From Raja brachyura (lineage: Eukaryota): a stretch of 64,000 bases of DNA. The DNA lies in assembly GCA_963514005.1 (NCBI GenBank), contig OY740787.1, positions 83,204,001 through 83,268,000 on the forward strand. Direction: 5' to 3'. Shown here piece after piece: positions 39,905 through 53,679 of the stretch. The notes beneath the pieces were generated by a model, which did no database searches, was not told the DNA's origin, and saw only the letters and a program-made list of their open reading frames with translations. Within the stretch, counting starts at the first letter, position 1; every line of letters starts with the position of its first letter. Both the position numbers and the translations under genes were made by a program.

Positions 39905-40205
39905 ATTGAAGATAGACACAAAAAGCTGGAGTAACACAGCGGGACAGGCAGCATCTCTGGAGAGAAGGAATGGGTGACGTTTCGGGTCGTGATCCTTCTT
40001 CAGACTTGTTAGGGATAAGGGAAACAAGAGATATAGATGGTGATGTGGAGAGATAAACAATGAATGAAAGATATGCAAAAAAGTAATGATGATAAAGGAA
40101 ACAGGCCACTGTAAGCTGTTTATAGGTTGAAAATGAGAAGCGAGTGCAACTTGGGTGAGGGAGGGATAGAGAGAGGGAATGCCGGGGCTACCTGAAGTGA
40201 GAGAA
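39905..40205 (-). mobile_element. Penelope 3' end with intact hammerhead-like core
   Basis: Minus strand reads gt-CTGAAGA-a-ggatc-ac-gaccc-GAAA-CGTC-accc (~39972-40005). Confidence 0.75.
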
Positions 40206-40520
40206 ACAGATGATTACCATCGTTCATTTTCTTCTGCAGATCACGAGAAAATAAATACAATTTCATAAACAAATCCCGAGAAATAAAAAAAATATTTTGT
40301 TATCAAACATAATTGGACCATCAAAAATTGTAATATTATGGAGGCTTGACAATATAGACCTGATTATCTTAGTAATTTGGAAAATAATTTGCCATTGCTC
40401 TTTTAAAAAAAAAGCCTTTTGCACAAATGTTTAGGATAGTTGGCGATAAGGCACAGTGCACATGAATATTTTCTTTATGCTTATAGGTTGTCCTCTCAGC
40501 TCATCTTTCCTTATACTTAC

Positions 40521-40573
40521 CAAACTATGCAGAGATGATCAGTTGAGACCCATGCTCTTGGGACCGCCGACGT
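40521..40573 (-). CDS. PGAP1: PGAP1 exon 6
   Basis: 53 nt, AG/GTAAGT; TSAVPRAWVSTDHLCIVW. Confidence 0.95.
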
Positions 40574-40647
40574 CTATGAAATAAAAATGGTCACATTTAG
40601 TTCTTTAAAGGTTTTATCAATCGTATTTCTAGTGCTGCGACATTTCA

Positions 40648-41345
40648 TATTCGTATTGGTGGAAATGTGTCAGCCTCGATAACAATAAGCACGGGAGCAC
40701 CTCAAGGCTGCGTGCTCAGCCCCCTGCTGTACTCACTCTATACTCAAGACTGCGTAGCCGGTCATAGTGCGAACTCCATCATCAAGTTCGCTGACAACAC
40801 CACTGTTGTGGGACGTATCACTGATGGGGACGAGTCAGAGTATAGGGGAGAGATCGACCGACTGACCAAATGGTGCCAGCACAATAAACTGGCCCTCAAC
40901 ACCAGCAAAACCAAGGAACTGATTGTGGACTTTGGAAGGAGTAGGAGGGGGACCCACTGTCCCGTTTATATCAACGGGCCGATGGTGGAAAGGGTCAAGT
41001 GCTTCAAATTCCTGGGCGTGCATATCTCTGAAGATCTTTCCTGGTCCGAGAACACTGATGCAATTATAAAGAAAGCACATCAGCGCCTCTACTTCCTGAG
41101 ATAACTCCGGTATGTCAAGGAGGACTCTCTCTACCTTCTACAGGTACACAGGAGAGAGCATGCTGACTGGTTGCATCGTGGCTTGGTTCGGCAACTTGAG
41201 CACCTTGGAGCGGAAAAGACTACAAAAGGTAGAACGGACACACTGATCTGTTCTGTATTCGTGCCTACTATATTCGGTTGTGCTGAAGCAAACCAAGAAT
41301 GTAATTGTCCTATCAGGGACACATGACAAACTCTCTTGAATCTTG
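40648..41345 (+). mobile_element. Rex1/Babar RT fragment
   Basis: TGAPQGCVLSPLLYSLYTQDC..IIKFADNTTVVG..KTKELIVDF. Confidence 0.92.
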
Positions 41346-41364
41346 AATCATAAAGTTACTCTGC

Positions 41365-41622
41365 ATTCACCAGCGATCCCCACACACTAACACTATCCCA
41401 CATACACTAGGGACAATTTACACATACACCAAGCCAATTAAACTACAAACCTGTACATCTTTGGAGTGTGGGAGGAAACCGAAGATCTTGGAGAAATCCT
41501 ACGCGGTCATGGGGTCTGTACAAACTCCATACAGACAGCACCCATAGTCAGGATCGAACCTGGTTCTCCGGCGCAGCAAGCGCTGTAAGGCAGCAACTCT
41601 ACCGCTGCACCACCGTGGCCGC
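41365..41622 (-). mobile_element. V-SINE
   Basis: Reverse complement of the SINE consensus. Confidence 0.85.
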
Positions 41623-41882
41623 CCTCTTGTTAATTAATTTAGTTAATTAATTGTTTATCAACTTGTAAGTTAATCTTAAGAAATTGTCTTTCCAATGGTA
41701 ATAAAGCAGAATTGCACCACATTATAATCATCTGACCGTGAAGAGCATGTTCAATATGCAAAGACATTAAAGAGCAGCTTGGTTACCTTGGTGCAAAATT
41801 AACAGTACACCATTTGTTTCTCATCAAAGGATAAATGTTATTCTTTGTGTAATTAATTTAATTCAGCAATAATCACAAGAAT

Positions 41883-42075
41883 AGACACAAGTGCTGGAGT
41901 AATGTAACGGGTCAAGTGGAGAACATGAATTGGTGATGTTTCGAGTCGGGACCCTTCTTCAAATTCTTCTATCATCTATTCATGTTCTCCAGAGATGCTA
42001 CCTGACCCGTTGAGTTACTCCAGTATTTGTTTGTTATTTTGGAAAAACAACATTTACAGTTCCTTTTATCTGCTC
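41883..42075 (+). mobile_element. Penelope-derived fold-back element (diverged)
   Basis: Inverted arms gctggagtaa/ttactccag and ggagaacatgaat/attcatgttctcc. Confidence 0.65.
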
Positions 42076-42139
42076 ATTACAAGACTAAACGGAAAAGTAA
42101 TAAATGGACCACTAGCGTGGTTTTTTTCAATTTCCCAAT

Positions 42140-42695
42140 AAGAAAGGGTTTGAATTGTGAGCAATTTAGGGCACCACATCTGAGGAAGGATGTGCTGGCT
42201 CTGGAGAGGGTCCAGGGGAGGTTTACAAGAATGATCCCAGGAATGAGTAGGTTAACCTATGATGAGCCTTTGTCGGCACTGTACTCGCTGGAGTTTAGAA
42301 GAATGAGGGGGGACTTCATTGAAACATACCAAAGAGTAAAAGGCTTGGATAGACGGGATGTGGAAAGGATGTTTCCACTAGTGGGAGAGTCTAGAACTAG
42401 TCATAGCCTCAGAATTAAAGGACGTTCTTAGAGGAAGGTGATGAGGAGCAGTTTCTTTAGTCAGAGGGCGGTGAATCTGTGGAATTCTTCACCACAGAAG
42501 GCTGTGGAGGCTAAGGCAGAGATTGGATATTTTTAAGGCAGAGATAGATACATACTTGATTAGTACGGGCGTCAGAAGTTATGGGGAGAAGGCAGGAGAA
42601 TGGGGTTAGGAGGGAGAGATATATCAGCCATGACTGAATGGCAGATTAGACGATGGGCCAAACGGCCTAATTCTACTACTAATCCTTATGACATA
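42140..42695 (+). mobile_element. CR1 3' fragment
   Basis: PHLRKDVLALERVQGRFTRMIPGM. Confidence 0.88.
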
Positions 42696-43230
42696 TATTT
42701 AGCAAAGCGTCATTCTTTGAAGGGGTTGGTGGTTGAAAAGGAGAAGTAATTTAATTCTCCGAAGTACATTCTCCTTCAGTAATCACCCTTGCAATACTTA
42801 CTGATATTATAAATATCTTATTTTTAAACTGACAAGCATCATTGATTAAAATGATCACAAATTTCTCATAATATTTATAGAAATGAAGAATTCAGATGCT
42901 GGTTAATGCACAAAAGGACACAAAATGCTGGAGTAACCAGCACAAAACAGTAATCTATTATTTTCATGAAACTATCAGGTACCTGAGGTAAGGTAGTTCA
43001 AAAAAGGAGCAAAGTACACCCTCAAATAACTGCAGCGCCCACCAATGCCAAATAAAAGCAAGAAAACTGTATCATTTAAACTTAAGGTTCTATATCATTC
43101 ACACAAGGCATCAAACTGGCATTGTCCTCGTGCACTGGCGCACCTAAACAAACAACCTCTCAGTAAAAATGTTAGTGACATTAATACTACAGCTACGAGC
43201 AGACATTTGAAGAAAGAACCTTCACATTAC

Positions 43231-43391
43231 CACAACATTTAGAGTATTGTTGTAAAGGCCTAGGCTTGGTACAATGGTCAGACCAGAGCGGACTTGATAA
43301 TCTCGGAAACCGCCTCCCATTGAAAGGATGGTAATGTTTCTCAACGTTTCTTCATTGAGAATCCAGTGATTGTTCACAGTGGTGTAAAAGT
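43231..43391 (-). CDS. PGAP1: PGAP1 exon 5
   Basis: 161 nt; [54 protein letters not shown]; phases match neighbours. Confidence 0.96.
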
Positions 43392-43628
43392 CTACAAGAA
43401 AATATAAAGAAAGGTTTTGGTGTAATTATGACCATTTAACACTCTTGACTCTCCATGTTGTTTTTAAATATGGGAATAGATGTAAAGAGTTTCCGATAAA
43501 CAGTATTGCTGAAAAAGGAAGTTATATTTAATATCCATGGCTCAATAAATTAGAACTTTTCTGTTTAAATTACATAATTAAGATTACATAATTGCAAATT
43601 CTATTGATTCTGCACTTTACAGACTTAC

Positions 43629-43800
43629 CTATGAGGTAGCTGTCCAGTATTAGGACTGGTGCAACATGAGGTGTAGCTTGAGTTATAATAAGACTGATCA
43701 GTGTAGATTTAAAGTTGGGTAAAGTGAATAGTGCTCTCGCGACAATGCCACCCATTGAATGGCCCACAATTGCAACACTGCTGGGTGCGTCAATTTGATC
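43629..43800 (-). CDS. PGAP1: PGAP1 exon 4, catalytic GHSMG (GxSxG) motif
   Basis: 172 nt, AG/GTAAGT; [57 protein letters not shown]. Confidence 0.97.
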
Positions 43801-44309
43801 CTAGGGATAGAAATAGATCAAAGTTAAATTCAGAAACATTTGGGGTCAATGTCCTTTGGAAAAAAAATCTAAGAAGAAGCCATTATGTTGGCTACCCACA
43901 CTTAGGTGCAACTGATCATAGTAATTTACAATTTTTAGATGAACCATACTTTTCAAAACGAGTAAATGCAATCATAAAACGTCCATGCATTACAAAGTAC
44001 ATAATGGTGTATGAACATCACCTGCAATCAAGTCATTTGCTTCAACGTTCCTGCAATGTGATGAGATTTATATTTAAGGAAATTAATGTTATTTTACTTC
44101 CGTTCTCAATAACAAAGAAAAAATGAAAAATGCTCAAAGGTTTTTTTCATGCAATTTAATGTTTTAAATTAAATCCACACAATGACAAACATTGACCAAA
44201 ACAAACTAGAAGAGGAAGTACATGTGTTAGATGCACAGCATAATCAACAGCAACAGGGAAGAAAGTTTGATTGTTGGGAGCAGGAAAGCACAATGAAAGT
44301 GCACCGTTA

Positions 44310-44880
44310 AGGGCCTGTCCCACCAGCATGCAACTCTACGCGATGAACGCGATCAAACTAGAAGCGGGGGCCGCGCGGAGGTCGGGTGATCCCCTGTACA
44401 GGGCCGTTCCCACCAGCATGCGCCTGCATGCGGCAAGCGCAACCAAACCCGCAGCAGGGGCCGCGCGGAGGTCGGGTGAGTGGCGCAACGCGGCGCAAAG
44501 TGAGGCGAACTTGGAGCGAAGTCTAAGGTAAGTTCGCCAGGACAGAGAGGGGCACACAGAGAGGGGCACAGAGGCACACACACACACAGAGGGCCACGGA
44601 GCCACACACATAGAGGGTCACGGAGGCACCTACAGATAGGTTCACGGAGGCACGATGTCGGGGCGGTGTGTAAACGTCGAGGCGACTGCGAGCCAACAAG
44701 CCGTTGCCGCGCGGAATTTTTGGACATAGTCAGTTTTTCGGAGCCCCCGTGCGGTGTCGGGACGAACTCCGCACGGCTCCGGCAATCGAAGCGGGACCGG
44801 CCCCGCGACGCCGGACGGCTCAAGCGACCACGTTAGGTCGCGCTAATCGCATAGAGTTGCATGCTGGTGGGACAGGCCCT
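44310..44880. mobile_element. PIF/Harbinger MITE
   Basis: TIR agggcctgtcccaccagcatgcaactcta; TTA TSD both sides. Confidence 0.88.
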
Positions 44881-45049
44881 TTACTGCAAATTAAAAAGTT
44901 GAATCATATTTCAAAACTAGTTCTCTGGACCTATTGAACGAATGGAATTTTACAGGACTGGTAAACAATTACAACATCTGAAACCTTCTTACATTGTAGA
45001 TGAATTGGAATGGAAAACAAATTTCAGGTGCCAGTAATCCAAAAAATAT

Positions 45050-46150
45050 AAAGAGTGAATGGTTGAAGCATTCAGCAGGTCAAACAGTATCTGTAAGCAA
45101 TGAAACAATGTCAATGTTTCAAGTCAAGGATGCTTCGTCAGGACGAGACAAACAGGTTTCAGTTGCAGAGCTGGGGAGGCTGGGATCACTGGGGATGCCT
45201 GTGATAAAGGTGCAGATCAAGGCTACCATGGTGACAATTACTTTAAAAATTAGTAGAGAGAAAAATAGAAAAATGAAACAAATTGAAATAGAAAAATACA
45301 GCTGTATCAATGGAGAGAATTAAAGGAGGTGGGGTTGAGAGGTTCACATCCTGTCAATCTGCAAGGGCAATGCTGAGCTTCCCGTCTGCTGTAGCTCAAA
45401 TTGTCCATCCCAATCTCACTCTGGCCCCTCAGCCTTCGACCTCCTATGAGACCCAATGAAAGCTTGTGAAACACCACCTCATCTTCCATCTGGTAACATT
45501 GGAGCCCTGGGACAATAATGATTTTAACAATTTCAGGTACAACCTTTCTCACCACCCATGCAGCTGAACCATTTTATTTCAATTTATTGCATTTTTCTCT
45601 TGTATCTGCAAATGACTTAAAAACCTATTGTTTCCATGACAACTTGGGTCTGCACCCCATCACAGACATTCCCAGTGTTTTCTTCCCATCTCTTTCCCTG
45701 CAACATAAACACATTTGTCTTCTCCCTTAAAGCCCTGTCCCACGGTACGAGTTCATTCCAAGAGCTCTCCCGAGTTTAAAAAAAAATCAAACTCGTGGTA
45801 AGCACGGAGAATTAACGTAGCGGGTACGTTGGAGCTCGGGGACGTCTCTTAGCGGTTCGTAACGTTAACGGCAGGTACTCTGGAAGACTCGCTAACGGCA
45901 GGTAAGCATGGAAAGACTCGAGAAGATTTTTCAACATGTTGAAAAATGTCCACGAGAGCCCCGAGTACTGACGAGTGGCCATTACCGTAATTCTCCGAGT
46001 TCGAATCAGGGCAAACTCGGGAGAGCTCTTGAAATTAACTTGTACCGTGGGACAGGGCTATTACAGTTCTGACAAAAGTTCATGAACCTGGATGGTCAAC
46101 TGTTTCTCTGTCAACTGATGCTTCTTAACCAGTTGAATGTTTCTACTGTT
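45050..46150. mobile_element. Degenerate Penelope ends in inverted arrangement
   Basis: HHLIFHL..LEPWDNNDFNNFR-like sequence at ~45470-45540; inverted termini at ~45060 and ~46130. Confidence 0.55.
45730..46060. mobile_element. PIF/Harbinger MITE
   Basis: ~48-bp TIR agccctgtcccacggtac..agagctctcccgagttt; TTA TSD. Confidence 0.88.
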
Positions 46151-46530
46151 CCGTTCTTATTTTTCCCCGTGTCTTATTCTGATGCCATGCATACATATTA
46201 CAGACTGAAAAATCCCTCTTCTGCCGAACTATCTAATAATTAACTGCACGGCAAATCATGTTGCTGCTTAACTAAAAAGAAAAATAACTAACGCCAACTC
46301 TCCCAAGTTCAACAAACAAAATAGATGTCGCAAGAATAACGAAGTCCATTTTTTGTGATTAGAAAGGTGAATAAAATCAGCCATGCACAAGGAAAACTAC
46401 AAAATCAACTGCTTTTAATTCAGCACCCAATGTCAAAAGAATTCAAGACAGTAATTGTTATAGCTTCCACAGTTCGTTCAGTCAGCTCAAAGAAATTCAT
46501 TCTACGTAGAAAGAGTTCAAACAGTAGAAA

Positions 46531-47066
46531 CAGGGTGGCCACGGTGGCGCAGCGGTAGAGTTGCTGCCTTACAGGCCTTGCAGCTCCGGAGACCCGGGTT
46601 CGATCCCGACTACGGGTGCTGTCTGTATAGCGTTTGTACGTTCTCCCTGTGACCGTGTGCGTTTTCTACAAAATCTTCGGTTTCCTCCCATACTCCAAAG
46701 ACGTACAGGTTTGCAGGTTAGCAGATAAGAACTGCAGGTGCTGGTTTAAATCGAAGGTAGACACAAAATGCTGGAGTAACTCAGCGGGACAGGCAACATC
46801 TCTGGAAAGAAGGAATGGATGACGTTCTGATGAAGGGTTTCGACCCAAAACGTCACCCATTCCTTCTCTCAGAGATGCTGTCGGTCCCGCTGAGATACTC
46901 CAGCATTTGTGTCCACCTCAGTTTTGTAGGTTAATTGGCTTGGTGTATGTGTAAATTGTCCCTAGTTTGTGTAGGATAGTGTTAATGTGCGGGGATCAAT
47001 GGTTGGTGTGAACTCTGTGGGCCGAAGGGTCTGTTTCCGCACTGTACTCCAACCTAAAAACTAAAC
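46531..47066 (+). mobile_element. V-SINE interrupted by a fold-back element
   Basis: Complete head, V domain and tail; insert at 46721-46918. Confidence 0.88.
46721..46918. mobile_element. Penelope-derived fold-back element
   Basis: Long inverted arms around ctgatgaagggtttcgacccaaaacgtc; TSD caggtttgcaggtta/cagttttgtaggtta. Confidence 0.8.
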
Positions 47067-47424
47067 TATATAAAAATACATCTGCTTTAGAACAGAACTT
47101 CATCAACCTAAAACAAAACTAACATAAGCCAAAAGGATAAAGTTGCTGCTTTGGGCACAATTGGGAAATTGTACTAGTTGGATCAAACTTCTAGATTCCA
47201 GTAAAATTGAATCATATAACCAGAAAGTTAAAATCCTACAAGCTCCAACCGTGAATAAAATGGACGTGTTTCTATCCATTAAAAGGTGCACTCTGAAGAT
47301 TAGAAGAGTGATATTTTTTAGACTTGCGACTCATCAATATAACAAAGGAAATGTGTCAGCATCATATTGTAATACTTCATTTGGTGAAGAACTAACAGAA
47401 AGACTCCACCTTCATGGAGCACTG

Positions 47425-47730
47425 ACTTTAGATTTTAGATACACAGAATGGAAACAGGGCCTTCAGCCCATAGAGTCTGCGCTGACCAACGATCAGTATA
47501 CTCGCACTATTCGACACACTAGGGACAATTTACAATTTACAGAAGCCAATTAACCTGCAAACCTTTGTGTCTTAGGAGTGTGGGTGGAATCCAGAGCATC
47601 CGGAGAAAACCTACATGGTCACAGGGGGAGCGTGCAAATTCCGTACAGACCAGCACCCGTAGTCAGGGTGGAACTCGGGTCTCTGGCGTTGTAAGGCAGC
47701 AACTCTACCTGCTGCGCCACAGTGCTGCCT
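47425..47730 (-). mobile_element. V-SINE
   Basis: Reverse complement of the SINE consensus. Confidence 0.83.
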
Positions 47731-48159
47731 CACTGGCCATGGAAGAAATCCAACAAGCAAGAGATAATAGGGCCACTAATATAAAGAAAGACTGATGGTC
47801 AATTCGTTTCCGGAGACTGAAAGCTCAGATTTATCCTTGATTCCATCCTCTTCTATTGGTCATTGGCAAAGAATCCCGAGTGAACTGGAGACACAAGGAA
47901 CTACAAATGTGGGAATTATCCGTGGAACACAAAGTACTGGAGTAACTCTGGCTGACCTGTTGAGTTACACCAGGACTTTGTCCTCAATCACAAGTGAAAG
48001 ATTATCTCTCAATGTTCTCCTGTTCATGGTCCAATCTTTGGTCCCCTTTCATTCTCATCTCAATGCTGAAGGAAACAGCATCAGCTTCCTTGCATATGAC
48101 AATGACAGCTGGCTTTACTTCATCAAAGCTACCCTCTGAGGAATCAGTATCCCACATCC

Positions 48160-48932
48160 TAGAAACATAGAAACATAGAAAATAGGTGCAGGAGTAGGCC
48201 ATTCGGCCCTTCGAGCCTGCACCGCCATTCAATGTGATCATGGCTGTTCATCCAACTCAGTATCCCGTACCTGCCTTCTCTCCATACCCCCTGATCCCTT
48301 TAGCCACAAGTGCCACATCTAACGCCCTCTTAAATATAGCCAATGAACTGGCCTCAACTACCTTCTGTGGCAGAGAATTCCAGAGACTCACCACTCTCTG
48401 TGTAAAGAATGTTTTCCTCATTTCGGTCCTAAAGGAATTCCCCCTTATCCTTAGACTGTGACCCCTTGTTCTGGACTCCCCCAACATCGGGAACAATCTT
48501 CCAGCATCTAGCTTGTCCAACCCCTTAAGAATTTTGTACGTTTCTATAAGATCCCCCCTCAATCTTCTAAATTCCAGCGAGTACAAGCCGAGTCTATCCA
48601 ATCTTTCCTCATATGAAAGTCCTGACATCCCAGGAATCAGTCTGGTGAATCTTCTCTGTACCCCCTCTATGGCAAGGATGTCTTTCCTCAGATTTGGAGA
48701 CCAAAAACTGTACGTAATACTCCAGGTGTGGCCTCACCAAAACCCTGTACAACTGCAGTAGAACCTCCCTGCTCCTATACTCAAATCCTTTCGCTATGAA
48801 TGCTAACATACCATTTGCTTTCTTCACTTCCTGCTGCACCTGCATGCCTACTTTCAATGACTGGTGTACCATGACACCCAGGTCTCGTTGCATCTCTCCC
48901 TTTCCTAATCTGCCACCATTCAGATAATAGAC
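48160..48932 (-). mobile_element. CR1 3' fragment, young
   Basis: QRDLGVMVHQSLKVGMQVQ..SGLSYEERLDRLGLYSLEFRRLRGDLIE; (tttctatg)n tail. Confidence 0.93.
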
Positions 48933-49209
48933 TGATGAGCAGAAAGTACGTGGGTTTTCCCTGGGTGCTCTGGTTTCCTCCAACACTCCAAAGATGTACA
49001 GGTTTGTAGGTTAATTGGTTTCTGTTAAAAAAAAAAGTAAATTGTCCTTAGTGTGTGGGATAGTGCTAGAGTACGGGGATCATTGGTCAGCGCAGACTCG
49101 GTGGGTTGAAAAGCCCGTTTCCGCATTGAATCTTTAAACTAAACTAAAATTCCTCCATTCATTATCAGGAAGAATGAAAGTATCCTTTTAATCCTGTCCG
49201 AGATTGTTA

Positions 49210-49895
49210 AGGGGCTGGCTGTCCCACTTGGGCGACCTAATCTGCGAGTTTAGAACAGTGTCTTCGACTTTCAAACTCGCAGCATGGTCAACACATGGTC
49301 CTAGGAGGTCCTATGAGGTCACTGGAACTCTCCTTCATGCTCGAGGAAAGTTCCCGAATACTCGCGGCCTCAGCTAGGTCGCGGAAAGTTTTTCATCCTG
49401 TTGAAACATTTTCCGCGAGTAAAATTTGGTCTGCATGGGTCTTTTTAACACGTAGTGCAGTGGAGTGGGGTCGCTATGTACTTACAGGCAGTCGAGGGCA
49501 GGCGTAGGCAATCTCCTTCGCTGACCCGCGATTTTGATTGGCTAATTGGAGTTTTCAGGACCCAGGAAGACCTACCGGTAGGTAAATTGACGTTAAACTT
49601 TATTATACTTCTTAAAAGTGTCTCCACTCCTTCTCCCCCCCCCCCTTCTGTCCCCTTCTCCCGCCTTCTCTCCCCTTCTCTGTAAAGGACTTAAGGTTAC
49701 TGTGCAGCCGTTCAGACAGCGTTCCTCTGCTTTCCCTTGCTGTGTGTGTGCATGTGTGGTCAGTTGATCCAGCTCGCGGTTTCAACGCGGATGGTCGATC
49801 CAGCTCGAGGCTTTCCAGGCAAGTGCCCTCGAGCTTGAAGGTCGAAGACACTCTTCTGGACTCACGGATTAGGTCACCCAAGTGGGACAGCCCCT
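49210..49895. mobile_element. PIF/Harbinger MITE
   Basis: TIR aggggctg..tcccacttgggcgacctaatc, ~70 bp imperfect; TTA TSD. Confidence 0.85.
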
Positions 49896-50498
49896 TTAGG
49901 CATTGTATATCTCTCTGGAAGTTGTGGGATCGGGGCTGACAGTTAATGCAAAAACAGGGATCGGTCTTCAAAATAAACACTGCCAGCAGAATACACCTGA
50001 AGTTCTAGAGATAGTGTAGTACACCTTTCAGTGGCTTTCTGGATACATCCAAAAAAAACATGAGGGCACTGTTGTGGGGATAGATACACTTAGTGAGACA
50101 AATGCTGTTATAAAGTCAGCAAAGGGTGGCCTCACTTGGACGAGCCAGCGTCAGCAAATATGTACGGTCCACAGAACACACAACATGACGCACAGTAGTT
50201 TTGATTAGGGACTGAATCCAGGACAATTGTATGAACTATGTCAGGATCAGCCAGTTAATGCAAATATGAACAAGTATTCAAAAAACACTTGATCACAATG
50301 TAACACCCCTGGTACTTTTAAGGACATTGGGTTTGGGACATTCTGATTCTTCACTGTTGAAACTGCAGAGGAAAACAAGAACTTAATGATTATTTAATTG
50401 GCTCTCATTGAGAATCTAAGGTAGGGATTGACAAGGGTGTTGATTGGCCTTCGCCTAGTTAACACATATTATGTCACTTAATGCATAGCTCAAGCCAC

Positions 50499-50693
50499 AA
50501 AGGGCACAAAGTGCTGGAGTTACTCAGCGGAACAGGTAGTATCTCTGGAAAATATAGATGGATGACTTTTCGGGTGGGGACCTGCAACTCAAAACATCAC
50601 ATCCATGTTCTCCAGAGATATTGCCTGACCCGCTGAGTTACTCCTGCACTGTGGGTCCTTTTCTCCAAGCCAGCATCTGCAGTTCCTTGTTTC
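50499..50693. mobile_element. Penelope-derived fold-back element
   Basis: Inverted arms; TSD tagctcaagccac/tagctcaagacac. Confidence 0.7.
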
Positions 50694-51142
50694 TAGCTCA
50701 AGACACTTTGTTTTGTCAATTAATATCCAGAAAGTCAATCCTCAGCACTGTAATGAAGATACAGTCAGAGTTAAACAGCACAGAAACAGGTGCCAGAGCC
50801 CATTAGTCCATGCCAATCCAAGTACCAGAGCTAGTCCCCTTTGCCTGCATTTAGCCTGTATCCAACCGACTGTCTCTGAACGGAACAGTCTTTTCAATGT
50901 TGTAATTGTACCCACATCTTCCACTTGCTGTGGCACTTCGTTAAAGAAAGTTACACAATATAGGAATTTTATTTCAACCAACTGAAATGACCAATTTGTG
51001 CCTTTGTTTGCAAATAGTTTTGCAAAGTCACATTTTTTCTACTTTCTCACACAGACTTATTCCAATTACGTATATATATAAAGTCGAAGTTTGTTTTTGA
51101 GGTTTTTTTATGATAATTTACATAATGTTAAATTAATAAATG

Positions 51143-52510
51143 TCATTGAGTGAGACAGTGTGGAAACAGGCCCTTCGGCCCAACTTGCCCACACCAGCCA
51201 ACAATGTTCCAGCTACACCAGTCCCATTTGCTTGCGCTTGGTCCATATCCCTTCAAACCTGTCCTATCCTTGTACCTATCTAACTGTTTTTTAACCGATG
51301 GGATAGTCACAGCCTCAACTATCTCCTCTGGCAGCTTGTTCCATACACCCACCACCCTTTGTGTGAAAATGTTACCCCTCTGATTCCTATTAAATCTTTT
51401 CCCCTTCACCTTGAACCCATGTCCTCTGGTCCTCGATTCCCATACTCTGGGCAAAAGACTGTGCACCTACCCGATCTATTCCTCTCATGATTTTGTATAC
51501 CTCGATAAGATATCCCCCTCATACTCCTACACTCTATGGAATAGAGACCCAGCCTACTCAACCTTTCCCTAAAGCTCACATCCTCTAATCCTGGCAACAT
51601 CCTCGTAAATCTTTTCTGGACCCTTTCAAGCTTGACAATATCTTTCCTATAACATGGTGTCCAGACCTGAAGTGCCAAAAGCCTTTTTGACCGCCTTATC
51701 TACCTGCAACTCGACCTTCAAGGAACCATGCACCTGTACTCCCAGATCCCTCTGCTCTACAACACTACCCAGAGGCCTACCATTTACTGCGTAGGTCCTG
51801 CCCTTGTTCGACATCCCAAAATGCAACACCTCACACTTCTCTATATTAAATTCCATCAACCATTCCTCCACCCACCTGACCAATCGATCCAGATCCTGCT
51901 GCATCTTCACTATCTACAAAACCACTAACTTTTGTATCATCAGCAAACTTGCTAATCTTGCCCTGTATGCTCTCATCCAAATCATTGATGTACATGACAA
52001 ACAGTAACGGGCCCATGACCAAACCCTGTGGCACACCACTAGTCACAGGGCTCCAGTCTGAGAAGCAACCTTCCACCATTACCCTCTGCTTCCTTCCATG
52101 GAGCCAATTTGCTATCCATTCAGCTATCTTTCCTTGGATCCCATGTGATCTAACCTTCCAGAGCAGCCTACCATGCAGAACCTTGTCGAACGCCTTACTG
52201 AAGTCCATGTACACAACATCTACAGATCTGCCCTCATCAACCTTTTTAGTCACGTCTTCAAAAAAATCAATCAGATTTGTGAGACACAACCTCCCACGTA
52301 CAAAACCATGCTGATAACTCCTAATCAGCCCTTGCCCATCCAAATGCCTGTATAACCCTCAGAATACTCTCCAGTAACATGCCAACTACAGATGTTAAGC
52401 TCACCGGCCAATAGTTCCCAGCATTTTCCCTGCAGCCCTTCTTGAAAAGAGGCACAACATTTGCCACCCTCCAGTCCTCCGGCACCTCTCCTGTATTTAA
52501 GGAGGACTTC
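51143..52510 (-). mobile_element. CR1 LINE RT fragment
   Basis: VPEDWRVANVVPLFKKG, QHGFVRGRLCLTNL, DFSKAFDKV, GVPQG, SKFADDTK. Confidence 0.95.
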
Positions 52511-52594
52511 TCTGCTTGTGTCACCATGTTTATAGGACTATGCTCGTTTACCTCCAGATCTCACTGTTGACAACACTCCACAAGGCCTTGCTGT

Positions 52595-52890
52595 TTTAGT
52601 TTAGTTTAGCGATACAGCGCGGAAACAGGCCCTACGGCCCACCTAGTCCGCACCGGCCAGCAATCCTACACTGGTCCAACACTAACACTGGTCTAACAAT
52701 ATAACACTATCCTACACACACTAGGAACAATTATACCAAGCCAATTAACCTACAAACTTGTACATCTTTGGAGTGTGGGAGAAAACCGGAGCTCCCAGGG
52801 AAAACCTACACAGGTCATGAGGAGAACATACAAACTCCATACATACAGCACACATAGTCAGGACCAATCCCGGGTCTCTAGCGCTGTAAG
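52595..52890 (-). mobile_element. V-SINE (head truncated by transposon)
   Basis: Reverse complement of the SINE consensus. Confidence 0.82.
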
Positions 52891-53369
52891 TAGCAATGTT
52901 ACAAAATTTTGAGATTTAAAAAATCAAGTCTGCAATTTATCCCATCCGATAAAGCACAAAAAGTTTAATTTGACACTTAATTCACTTTCATATCTTCAGT
53001 ATTAAAAAAGTGATGGCCATTTTCATACTCGGAAATTAGCATCTTGTTCCCTATTGCTTTTCCATTGACTTAACTCAAAAGCTGTGATCAAGGACAGTCA
53101 AAAGCCCATAACTTTCTTAAAAATTAAGAGAACTGAAAGACATTTTCAGTTATTATAGATTGAAGCATTCTGAAACCAATATGAAACAATCTTACTTGGA
53201 TGACCTGAAATTAAAGCATATAATTAGTTACCTAATTGTAGCTAATTACAAAATTCAATTACTAGATCTAAACATCTATCCATTTCTTAAGAAAATATTA
53301 ACATTTTTAAATAGCCTAAGTGTTCAAAGAACATTCGCAGAAGAATTCACAATATAACATGATTTTTAA
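52891..53369 (+). mobile_element. TAG..CTA transposon, truncated copy 3
   Basis: Matches 1082-1570; more diverged from copies 1 and 2 than they are from each other. Confidence 0.88.
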
Positions 53370-53679
53370 CATGCCCGTGCGCCTCAACGCGACGACGAGG
53401 TCGCGTAATTTGCAGTCCAAGGACACGTAAGTGGTACAGGGCCTTTACCTGTCAGAATCCAAAATGTTGAAGTAGGTAATTATACCCATTGAAGCTGCAG
53501 TCTCACTTACTATCTTTCCGTTTAAAATGCATCAAACTTTACTATACTGCACATTGTGTCTCAAAGAGAGATATGTTCTGCAGAATGCCTGCTCATGCTG
53601 AATAAAGACCTTTCACTTCTACCATCCAGCCTCTGTCTCATTCAGTCACAGCACCCGTATGTAGTAGAAGTAGACATAC

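Noticed and set aside
46531-46620. tRNA gene
   Set aside because: tRNA-derived SINE head that continues into the V domain and LINE-like tail.
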